This document shows, in pieces, positions 1-7,879 of a stretch of 11,544 nucleotides of DNA; within the stretch, counting starts at the first letter, position 1, and each line of letters begins with the position of its first letter. The notes under the pieces are model-generated. The model saw only the letters and a list, made by a program, of their open reading frames with translations. It was not told the DNA's origin and ran no database searches. This DNA comes from a virus (Duplodnaviria > Heunggongvirae > Uroviricota > Caudoviricetes). Position numbers and translations under genes: made by a program. The stretch lies in the IMG/VR virus record IMGVR_UViG_2778261419_000002. One strand, 5' to 3'.

Positions 1-63
1 GTTCTGAATGGTACGGATACTCGCACCGAAAATGTCAGCCAGCTGCTTTTTGTTGACTTCCAT
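1..63 (-). CDS. nohA: Terminase small subunit Nu1-like, N-terminal 21 codons only (gene continues beyond window start)
   Basis: Minus strand translates from ATG at 63..61 as MEVNKKQLADIFGASIRTIQN, matching the N-terminus of lambda Nu1 as I recall it; upstream context GTGGAATGAACA-ATG also resembles lambda. Symbol could equally be nohD/nohQ. Confidence 0.85.
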   Translation of the reverse strand, partial: MEVNKKQLADIFGASIRTIQN

Positions 64-240
64 TGTTCATTCCACGGCCAAAAACAGAGAAAGGAAACGA
101 CAAAGGCCCAAAAGCTCGTTTTCAGCACCTGTCGTTTCCTTTCTTTTCAGGGGGTATTTTAAATAAAAACATTAAGTTACAACGAAGAAGAACGGAAATG
201 CCTTAAACCGGAAAATTTTTATAAATAGCGAAAACCCGCG

Positions 241-252
241 AGGTCGCCGCCC
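241..252. other. cosN cohesive-end sequence of a lambda-type cos site (cosB expected between here and the Nu1 start, about 64..240; cosQ side about 253..275)
   Basis: Plus strand aggtcgccgccc is the reverse complement of GGGCGGCGACCT, the lambda 12-nt cohesive end; flanking minus-strand sequence CGACAGGTTACG|GGGCGGCGACCTCGCGGGTTTTCGCTATTTAT closely resembles the lambda right-end/left-end junction from memory. Confidence 0.7.
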
Positions 253-451
253 CGTAACCTGTCGGATCGCCGGAAAGGACCCGCAAAATGATAATAATTA
301 TCATCTGCATGTCACAACGTGCATCTACGCAATCAAACCACGTCAAATAATCAATTATGACGCAGATATCGTATTAATTGATCTGCATCAACTTAACGTA
401 AAAACAACTTCAGACAATACAAATCAGCGACACTGAATACGGGACAACCTC

Positions 452-685
452 ATGTCAACGAAGAACAGAACCCGCAGAACAACAACCCGCAACATCCGCT
501 TTCCTAACCAAATGATTGAACAAATTAACATCGCTCTTGAGCAAAAAGGGTCCGGGAATTTCTCAGCCTGGGTCATTGAAGCCTGCCGCCGGAGACTGTG
601 CTCAGAAAAAAGAGTTTCTTCTGAAGCAAACAAAGAAAAGAGTGACATTACTGAATTGCTCAGAAAACAGGTCAGACCAGATTGA
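452..685 (+). CDS. ynfO: Small basic protein, probable ribbon-helix-helix DNA-binding fold (YnfO-like, 77 aa)
   Basis: ORF with ATG at 452; Arg/Thr-rich N-terminus followed by IRFPNQMIEQINIALEQKGSGNFSAWVIEACRRRL, which resembles an RHH (CopG/Arc-like) beta-strand plus two helices; weak SD. Size and position match K-12 Qin ynfO as I remember it. Confidence 0.55.
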   Translation: MSTKNRTRRTTTRNIRFPNQMIEQINIALEQKGSGNFSAWVIEACRRRLCSEKRVSSEANKEKSDITELLRKQVRPD

Positions 686-742
686 AGCAATTTAGATAAT
701 CGTGCAGACTACGCCCCCTCATATCACATGGAAGGTTTATCT

Positions 743-1153
743 ATGGATCAGGTAGTCATTTTTAAACAAATATTTGATAAAGTTCGAAACGATTTAAACT
801 ATCAATGGTTTTATTCTGAGCTAAAACGTCACAATGTCTCACATTACATTTACTATTTAGCCACAGAGAATGTTCATATTGTATTAAAAAATGATAATAC
901 AGTGTTATTAAAGGGCCTAAAAAACATTGTGTCTGTCAAATTTTCAAAGGATAGGCATCTTATAGAAACGACCTCTAATAAGCTGAAATCCAGAGAGATC
1001 ACATTTCAGGAATACAGAAGAAACCTTGCTAAAGCAGGAGTTTTTCGGTGGGTTACAAATATCCACGAACAAAAAAGATATTACTATACCTTTGATAATT
1101 CATTACTATTTACTGAAAGCATCCAGAAAACTACACAGATCTTACCACGCTAA
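743..1153 (+). CDS. ydfO: DUF1398-family prophage protein (YdfO/YbcV-like)
   Basis: ORF in track starts at 728, but the ATG at 743 is preceded by GGAAGG at 7-nt spacing, giving a 136-aa product; sequence matches my recollection of the YdfO/YbcV family. Confidence 0.65.
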
Positions 1154-1304
1154 ACCATAACGTCCGGCTTCTCTCACTCCTGAGCCGGACTGCATTGGTT
1201 TAATAAAAACCATCAACAATTGTGATTTAGATATTCGGAACCATTCAAATATAACAAAACCCCGTAAAAACGAGGTTTATGGATAAATTTTATTATTGAA
1301 TACA

Positions 1305-1481
1305 TCAGATTAAATTAATCTTGACATCATAGCTTTCAAGACCCGTCATTTTTTCCCGTGCGGTAAACTGAATACTGGTAACTTCTTTCCCGGTCTTTTT
1401 CTTAAGTTCAATAATTTTTTTTGTTATATATTCAGAAATATCTGCTTCTGCTTTTGTTTTTAAGTTTTCAATATTCATCAT
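1305..1481 (-). CDS. gnsB: GnsA/GnsB-family small protein, 58 aa (absent from the ORF track, which appears to have a size cutoff)
   Basis: Hand translation of minus strand from tandem ATGATG at 1481: MMNIENLKTKAEADISEYITKKIIELKKKTGKEVTSIQFTAREKMTGLESYDVKINLI, stop TGA at 1307..1305; strong SD AAAGAGGAAA immediately upstream; resembles GnsB from memory. Confidence 0.7.
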   Translation of the reverse strand: MMNIENLKTKAEADISEYITKKIIELKKKTGKEVTSIQFTAREKMTGLESYDVKINLI

Positions 1482-1649
1482 TTCCTCTTTTAGTCTGTTA
1501 TGACTTTCCAGTTACACAGTAAGTCGATTATATGGTGCAAACGTGTAAAAGATAAGATGAAACATCGCAATAATCAACATACGATAGTCTAAATTTTACA
1601 CAAACAGACAAAGAGAATTTTCCTGAATTATCAATGCAATAGCATCAAA

Positions 1650-1805
1650 TCAACTCAAGAGCCTTATTGCTGCTTCCAGAATTTCTTCTGAAGTAACATG
1701 TCGATCCGCGGCTACATAAATGACTTTATGATCTCCGGTCAGAGATGGAAACCCTGCGGCCATTACAGTAAGGTGTGTTTTTTCGCCATTTGGATATTCA
1801 CGCAT
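1650..1805 (-). CDS. ynfN: YnfN-like small prophage protein (51 aa from internal ATG; track ORF extends to 1841)
   Basis: ORF MREYPNGEKTHLTVMAAGFPSLTGDHKVIYVAADRHVTSEEILEAAIRLLS; I recall K-12 YnfN as 51 aa starting MREYPNGEK; GGAG lies upstream of this ATG. The longer 63-aa start at 1841 cannot be excluded. Confidence 0.5.
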   Translation of the reverse strand: MREYPNGEKTHLTVMAAGFPSLTGDHKVIYVAADRHVTSEEILEAAIRLLS

Positions 1806-1923
1806 GATGGTGTTAACTCCAGTCATCGCTGGCACTACCACTGCTGGTTCAGAGTTAAAAAAACTATGATTTTTTTCATGATGTTACCGTAGTATGTGAG
1901 TATCCATCGAATAGACACCAAGC

Positions 1924-1961
1924 AAAAAAGCTCCCGAAGGAGCCTTCATTTTCACTTTTTT
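1924..1961. terminator. Candidate bidirectional rho-independent terminator between cspI and ynfN
   Basis: Hairpin GCTCC-CGAA-GGAGC (1930..1943) flanked by an A-run upstream (1924..1929) and a T-rich tract downstream (cttcattttcactttttt), so a U-tract follows the stem on either strand. Confidence 0.45.
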
Positions 1962-2150
1962 AAATCCAACGACAGACGGCTGGCATTTAAGTATTGTGAA
2001 ATATTATCAAATGTAATCATCATTGATTTACAAAAGATACATTTTGCCCCGAAAGGATTCATGTCAGAAACATCAAAAGATGATGTTCTATACTGGGAAC
2101 CATGACAACACGGGCATCTAAAGTGAATATGGTTTGTAATATTGTCTACC

Positions 2151-2363
2151 TCAAAGCGCCACTACATGAACAGCGGCAGGACCTTTAGGTCCGTTCTCAA
2201 TACCAAATTCAACTTCCTGATTCTCAGTTAATGTTTTGAAATCGTTGCTCTGAATTGCTGAGAAATGGACAAACACATCTTTGCTGCCATCTTTCGGCGT
2301 GATGAAACCAAAACCTTTTTCAGGGTTAAACCATTTCACTAAACCAGTCATTTTGTTAGACAT
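2151..2363 (-). CDS. cspI: Cold-shock protein CspI (CspA family, 70 aa)
   Basis: Translation [70 protein letters not shown] contains the RNP1-like motif KGFGFI and the RNP2-like VFVHF of cold-shock domains. Confidence 0.9.
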   Translation of the reverse strand: MSNKMTGLVKWFNPEKGFGFITPKDGSKDVFVHFSAIQSNDFKTLTENQEVEFGIENGPKGPAAVHVVAL

Positions 2364-2600
2364 AATTATTACCTTTTGAAGAAATTAGCCCTTGGGCAGA
2401 ATGGTCCGAAAAAAATATCAGAGAGAAAAACCAACAAGGAAATCTCAAGAGGTACAAATAATAAAATTATAACAATGACTGCTTCAGATAAATTTGTAAC
2501 AAACCAGAACACCATTAACGCATGATTAACCACCCATAGCAAGGATTACTTTTGTAAAGAAAAACACAGCAATGAAAGAATAGCTTTATTTATTAATAAA
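2364..2600 (-). promoter_or_regulatory. Probable cspI promoter and long AT-rich 5' UTR
   Basis: About 240 bp of AT-rich non-coding sequence upstream of cspI on the minus strand; CspA-family genes typically have long structured 5' leaders. Exact promoter elements not resolved. Confidence 0.35.
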
Positions 2601-2724
2601 ACGTGTCATTCTGATTAAGACCTTTTATCTTACCCTTAAGATTTCAGGAATTTTGGCTCATGGAAGAGTCCTTTTTATTTAAATTTTACATTCCGCGATG
2701 TAAATGTTCCGATTTAATATTACC

Positions 2725-3752
<1,028 letters not shown>

Positions 3753-3807
3753 GGATATTTATCAGGATGCTACCAATGAAAGATACTGGAAAGCCAACTG
3801 CAAAAAG

Positions 3808-4122
3808 CTAACAACCCGTAATCGAGTTATCTGAACTGTTAATTTTTATGGTATACCGAGCCTCTGAACAGGGTCGCGTTTCTGGCAACAGCTCGTCCCC
3901 TTCACATAACCCGGCAGCAACATCCAGGAAGACCTGTCTGATGCTCCTTCTGGCTGCTGCCTCATAAAACTCCAGCGCGGCACCTTCAACATGGTCCAGC
4001 GAGATGTCCAGGTCAAAAATTTCACCGTCAAAGCGTTCTTTGTCCCGTAACGCTAAAGTTACCGTAACTTTATTCTCAAAATTGCGGATCCCTTTCACAA
4101 TCAGTTCATATTTTTGAGTCAT
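3808..4122 (-). CDS. ydfR: DUF1327-family prophage protein between holin and endolysin (YdfR-like)
   Basis: 104-aa ORF with ATG at 4122 preceded by GGGGAGAG; sits 4 nt downstream of the holin stop; size and position match K-12 ydfR. Confidence 0.65.
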   Translation of the reverse strand: MTQKYELIVKGIRNFENKVTVTLALRDKERFDGEIFDLDISLDHVEGAALEFYEAAARRSIRQVFLDVAAGLCEGDELLPETRPCSEARYTIKINSSDNSITGC

Positions 4123-4126
4123 TGAA

Positions 4127-4342
4127 TTACTCTCCCCGTGCAGCCTTACGCTTGTCTTCTTTAATCTTGAAATAAAGGTTTGTCAGATACGTCAGCATGC
4201 CAAATACCAGACTACCCAATACACCTATTGCCGCCCACTGTGAGGGCGTGACTTTATCGAGCAACTGTAAAAACCAGTAGCCAGCACTGCCTGCAGAGGT
4301 GCTGTAGGCGATGCCCGTTGTTAACTTATCCATGGATTTCAT
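4127..4342 (-). CDS. essQ: Class II holin of the phage 21 S type (pinholin), dual-start motif MKSM
   Basis: 71-aa product [71 protein letters not shown] with two TM segments and a charged C-terminus; strong SD GGAGGTGA before ATG at 4342; a second Met at codon 4 gives the classic antiholin/holin dual start. Track ORF extends further upstream without support. Confidence 0.85.
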   Translation of the reverse strand: MKSMDKLTTGIAYSTSAGSAGYWFLQLLDKVTPSQWAAIGVLGSLVFGMLTYLTNLYFKIKEDKRKAARGE

Positions 4343-4430
4343 AGCCTCACCTCCGCAGATAACGGATGGTGTACACGGTTTGGTTCGAAGAAGGAAAGAA
4401 GTTACATTAGCGTAAGGCCCGAACATCTAT

Positions 4431-4463
4431 TCAAAAAGAAAAACGCCAGCAATTATTCTGGCG
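4431..4463 (-). terminator. Rho-independent terminator downstream of the AraC-family gene, immediately upstream of the holin
   Basis: Minus strand reads CGCCAG-AATAATTG-CTGGCG followed by TTTTTCTTTTTG. Confidence 0.55.
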
Positions 4464-4532
4464 TAGCTAAAAATATCGTATAATCTTACACTTCAAAAAA
4501 TAACTTTATAAAATGCCATCACATCATATCTT

Positions 4533-5246
4533 CTAAGAAAATCTTGATAAATATTGGTGCGGAGGCACACCAAAATATCCTCTAAAAACACTTACAAAAT
4601 ATGATGCATTGTCATACCCGCATATTCCCGCCACCTTGCCGACAGTATGGTTACTGTAGATCAATAATCTTTGCGCCATCATCATTCGTTCTTCAAGAAT
4701 TAATTTACTAAACGATAATCCTTCGTCTTTTAATTTTCTTTTTAACAAACTCTCGCTCATATATAATCTTGAAGATATATCACAAAGTCTCCATGACGCT
4801 GAGATATCCGAGTGAATAATAGCCTTAACTTTACAACCTAAGCTATTAAGACTTCCGAACAAAAAACTTTGCACTATTTTCTCTGAAGATAAGACAGCAA
4901 GACATGCAAGTGATATTTGATTTCTAACTACATCCACGGTTTTGCTATCACAATTCAAGCATGCAACCAAGTTCTTTAACAATGAAAAATCTTCACATTC
5001 TACTATCAAGTATGACGGATAAAACCTTCTTACAGAAAAAGGTGAGAGTGTGTAGTTTTTAAAGAAATCATTAACTGTTTTCTCCTCAACATCTACGATC
5101 ATTAGATGATCTGTATTTGACGAAAAAAGATCTTTTAAATTGTATTCAATGAGAACAGTATTTCCTTTTTTAAACAAAATATCTTCTTTACCAATTCGGA
5201 CACCAAACGAGTTCAACACCAAAATGATAGAACATATGTATGGCAT
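4533..5246 (-). CDS. AraC/XylS-family transcriptional regulator (AppY/EnvY/GadX-like), AT-rich
   Basis: C-terminal region LLKRKLKDEGLSFSKLILEERMMMAQRLLIYSNHTVGKVAGICGYDNASYFVSVFRGYFGVPP has the two-HTH AraC signature; ATG at 5246 preceded by AGGTGGA, whereas the track start at 5255 is GTG; base composition is visibly more AT-rich than the flanking phage genes. Confidence 0.8.
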   Translation of the reverse strand: MPYICSIILVLNSFGVRIGKEDILFKKGNTVLIEYNLKDLFSSNTDHLMIVDVEEKTVNDFFKNYTLSPFSVRRFYPSYLIVECEDFSLLKNLVACLNCDSKTVDVVRNQISLACLAVLSSEKIVQSFLFGSLNSLGCKVKAIIHSDISASWRLCDISSRLYMSESLLKRKLKDEGLSFSKLILEERMMMAQRLLIYSNHTVGKVAGICGYDNASYFVSVFRGYFGVPPHQYLSRFS

Positions 5247-5652
5247 ATTATCCACCTGATATCATTGGGGTTACACCAGGTAAGTATAGGTGGAAAATCA
5301 ATATTCGCCAGTTCAACAATAAGGAAAATCTCATTGCATCACAACTATAAAACCATGTGTTTAACTCACAAAAAACAAATCATTAAACTAATCTGTTATA
5401 TTATAATATCTGCGTGCAATAATAATATTATATGCTCTTAATATTCACTTGAAATATCTTCATATAAAAACAGATTGAATAAAATCTTTTGGGGCTGGTA
5501 TGTTTACCAACATTAAATTGCATCTCAATGTTTTCTTTAGCGTGAACAGGATTTTTATAAAAACTGACACTATGAGCATCATAGCGTAGTTTTTACGATT
5601 GTAAATATCCTGCATACAGGAACTCATCACTTTCAGATGATATCGCATACAG

Positions 5653-6612
5653 TTAATTCACCATCAGTCTTAGAGCCAGTTCTTCCGGATAGGGATCGAA
5701 GTAATTCTGTGTAAGCAAGTAATCATTAGGATACTCACCCAGATAATGCTTCAGCAGAGTCAACGGCGCAAGAAGAGGCAATGTGCCAAAGCGATAGTTA
5801 AGTATAACCTCGCTCAACTCTTTACGCTGGCGTGTACTTAAGTAATTACTAAAATACCCCTGTATATGCATCAGCACATTCGTGTGATTTTTACGTGATG
5901 CTGGTTTTCTGAGAATCGCCATCAGATTATCACGATACACCTCAAAGTATGATTCAAGGTCCGCCCACTCGTGTATTGCAGCCACAAATGGTCCCATATC
6001 TTTATAGCCTGCCTGGCTATGCGCCAACAACTGAAGCTTATAACGACTATGAAAAGCTAATAACTCTCTTCTTGATAATTTCTCCTTGTAAAGGTGATTG
6101 AGCTCATGCAAAGCAAAAACTCTTTCAATAAAATTCTCACGAAGCACTGGATCATGTAATCGCCCATCCTCTTCAACCGGTAGCCAGGAAAACTTTTCCA
6201 TCAAAGTGCTCGTAAATAGTCCCACTCCATCTTTACGACCTCGATTACCATTTTCATCATAGACACGCACGCGCTCCATGCCACAGCTGGGAGATTTAGC
6301 ACAAACCACAAACCCCGATACATCCTTTAATTTGTCCATATAAGAACGACTAAACTCTGTCATTCTCTCTGTCACATCCTCATTCTGGTCGTGGCTGAAA
6401 CACATCCGTATATTTCCTTGCTTCGAGCGCACAAGTCGTAGAGCAGGACGCGGAACTGGCAGCCCTATAGCCATTTCCGGACATACTGGTCTGAATGTTA
6501 CCCATTCCACTAATTTGTCCATTAAAAAGTCATCTCTTTTGTGACCACCATCAAAACGAACAGCAGAACCGCCCAAACAACCGCTGATCCCAATCACAGG
6601 TTTTTTTATCAT
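5653..6612 (-). CDS. DUF523/DUF1722 fusion protein (TudS-like 2-thiouracil desulfidase family N-domain plus YbgA-like C-domain)
   Basis: 319-aa ORF; N-terminus KPVIGISGCLGGSAVRFDGG ... VCPEMAIGLPVPRP matches the conserved Cys-containing DUF523 motifs as I recall them; strong SD GGGGGAGG before ATG at 6612. Confidence 0.75.
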   Translation of the reverse strand: MIKKPVIGISGCLGGSAVRFDGGHKRDDFLMDKLVEWVTFRPVCPEMAIGLPVPRPALRLVRSKQGNIRMCFSHDQNEDVTERMTEFSRSYMDKLKDVSGFVVCAKSPSCGMERVRVYDENGNRGRKDGVGLFTSTLMEKFSWLPVEEDGRLHDPVLRENFIERVFALHELNHLYKEKLSRRELLAFHSRYKLQLLAHSQAGYKDMGPFVAAIHEWADLESYFEVYRDNLMAILRKPASRKNHTNVLMHIQGYFSNYLSTRQRKELSEVILNYRFGTLPLLAPLTLLKHYLGEYPNDYLLTQNYFDPYPEELALRLMVN

Positions 6613-6804
6613 TTCCTCCCCCTTGACTAATTCATTAACACATAAACTTTGTAGTGCACGGACTAAATTGCCTTTCTGGCTTCATCACTGACAATTTTTC
6701 TGTTATTGACTATTCCTAATATAGTAGGAAAGTTCTTTAAGTGATCGGTCGTACTCATCTATCTTTCATACTTACTCTCAACTATCAAAAGTACAGGATT
6801 TATT

Positions 6805-7329
6805 ATGAAGTTATGGCCTGTGTTGACTGGCATTGCACTCTCTTTCACTCTTATAGCATGTAAGGCCCCGACACCACCTAAAGGTGTGCAGCCGATTACA
6901 AATTTTGACGCCAACCGCTACCTCGGAAAATGGTATGAAATAGCTCGCCTCGAGAACTGGTTCGAACGTGGTCTGGAACAGGTCAGCGCTACTTATGAAA
7001 AACGGAACGACGGAGGGATTCGCGTACTTAACCGTGGATACGATCCAACGAAAAACAAATGGAGCGAGAGCGAAGGTAAAGCATACTTTACTGGAGATAC
7101 TAAAACTGCAGCGTTGAAAGTTTCGTTTTTTGGCCCCTTCTATGGTGGCTATAATGTAATCAAACTGGATGATGAGTATAAGTATGCTCTTGTCAGTGGT
7201 CCGAACAGAGAATACCTATGGATTCTGGCAAGGACCCAAACTATTCCAGATAATGTAAAAGCAGACTATGTGCGTACCGCTCAAAAGTTGGGATTCAATG
7301 TCAATGAACTATTATGGGTTAAACAATAA
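6805..7329 (+). CDS. Bacterial lipocalin Blc-like outer-membrane lipoprotein
   Basis: 174-aa ORF; signal peptide with lipobox LIAC then K at +2; motifs NFDANRYLGKWYEIARLENWFERG and KVSFFGPFYGGYNVI...YLWILART closely parallel E. coli Blc; SD AGGA 6 nt before ATG. Confidence 0.85.
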   Translation: MKLWPVLTGIALSFTLIACKAPTPPKGVQPITNFDANRYLGKWYEIARLENWFERGLEQVSATYEKRNDGGIRVLNRGYDPTKNKWSESEGKAYFTGDTKTAALKVSFFGPFYGGYNVIKLDDEYKYALVSGPNREYLWILARTQTIPDNVKADYVRTAQKLGFNVNELLWVKQ

Positions 7330-7354
7330 AATCCCCACCCGAAATGATACTTAT

Positions 7355-7384
7355 TAGAAAAAAACCAGCCTTTGGGGAGGCTGG
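7355..7384 (-). terminator. tR'-type rho-independent terminator downstream of Q (also lies just 3' of the convergent blc-like gene)
   Basis: Minus strand reads CCAGCCT-CCCCAA-AGGCTGG followed by TTTTTTTCT; located about 100 nt after the Q stop codon. Confidence 0.6.
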
Positions 7385-7484
7385 CTAAATCAGGAAACAA
7401 GCTGTTATATGATAATAACTACGTTGCGATTCCAACATTTAAAATGTTAGACTAATGAAAATCAGACAGCAACTTTTCCTTTAA
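7385..7484 (-). promoter_or_regulatory. Candidate Q-dependent late promoter (pR'-like) and Q-utilisation region
   Basis: Position between the Q stop and the terminator matches lambdoid pR' architecture; minus strand has TTGCTG-17nt-TAACAT, a possible -35/-10 pair. Assignment is positional, hexamers are weak. Confidence 0.3.
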
Positions 7485-7862
7485 TTATTTCGAACAATCA
7501 GCATCCATCTCCAATCGGAGATCCAACACCATCAGCATGCCCTCCACTACGCCCTCAGCTTTCTGGAGCATCCTGCCAACCCAACAATCAGATCGCCCAT
7601 GCTTACGTGCAAGCGCCATAAAAGTCATGCCGCCGACATAATAGTCCACCAATAAATCATGTAAATCGCTGTTGTTTTTTTTCAGGCGAGCCATACATTC
7701 ACAAATGATCATCGCGTCATCGTCACAGCATTGCGGACGAGATCTTACTTTTGAAGGAATTAATCCCTTAAAACCGGCGGCAATGGACGACCAGGTCACA
7801 TCTTCATGATTATTAGCCGCCCATGCCCCCCAACGCTCAAGAACCATCTGAATATCACGCAT
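7485..7862 (-). CDS. Late-gene antiterminator Q, phage 82 / QuuD-like family
   Basis: Translation from ATG at 7862: [76 protein letters not shown]... matches my recollection of DLP12 QuuD; track start at 7877 is a TTG extension; GGAG upstream of the ATG. Confidence 0.8.
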   Translation of the reverse strand: MRDIQMVLERWGAWAANNHEDVTWSSIAAGFKGLIPSKVRSRPQCCDDDAMIICECMARLKKNNSDLHDLLVDYYVGGMTFMALARKHGRSDCWVGRMLQKAEGVVEGMLMVLDLRLEMDADCSK

Positions 7863-7879
7863 CAACTTACTCCACAAAA

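Noticed and set aside
424-690. Minus-strand 88-aa ORF opposite ynfO
   Set aside because: Covers the same interval as the plus-strand RHH-like ORF, which has the more protein-like translation; treated as its antisense shadow, at low certainty because ynfO itself is small.
1698-2105. Plus-strand ORFs 1698..1892 and 1896..2105
   Set aside because: The first is antisense to ynfN; the second spans the terminator hairpin and a non-coding region downstream of cspI; no SD.
4127-4426. Extended 99-aa version of the holin ORF
   Set aside because: The strong SD and dual-start motif sit at the internal ATG (4342); the upstream extension would read through the terminator region and has no ribosome-binding site.
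4479-4484. Perfect TATAAT hexamer on the plus strand between the AraC gene and the holin
   Set aside because: No suitably spaced -35 and no plus-strand gene downstream; it would only produce antisense RNA to the AraC gene. Likely chance occurrence in AT-rich DNA.
5556-5600. Possible hairpin CTATGA-GCA-TCATAG downstream of the DUF523/DUF1722 gene
   Set aside because: Short stem, AT-rich, and the T-run on the minus strand begins several nucleotides after the stem; too weak to call a terminator.
5460-5648. 62-aa minus-strand ORF in the AT-rich region upstream of the AraC gene
   Set aside because: Very AT-rich with a Lys/Ile/Leu-biased translation typical of random ORFs in AT-rich DNA; no SD. 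A small regulatory peptide cannot be fully excluded.
4343-7484. tRNA genes or stx-like toxin genes between Q and the holin
   Set aside because: Stx phages often carry tRNAs and stxAB here, but no cloverleaf-compatible GC-rich 75-90 nt segment and no A/B5 toxin-like ORFs are present; the interval is filled by the three cargo genes described.
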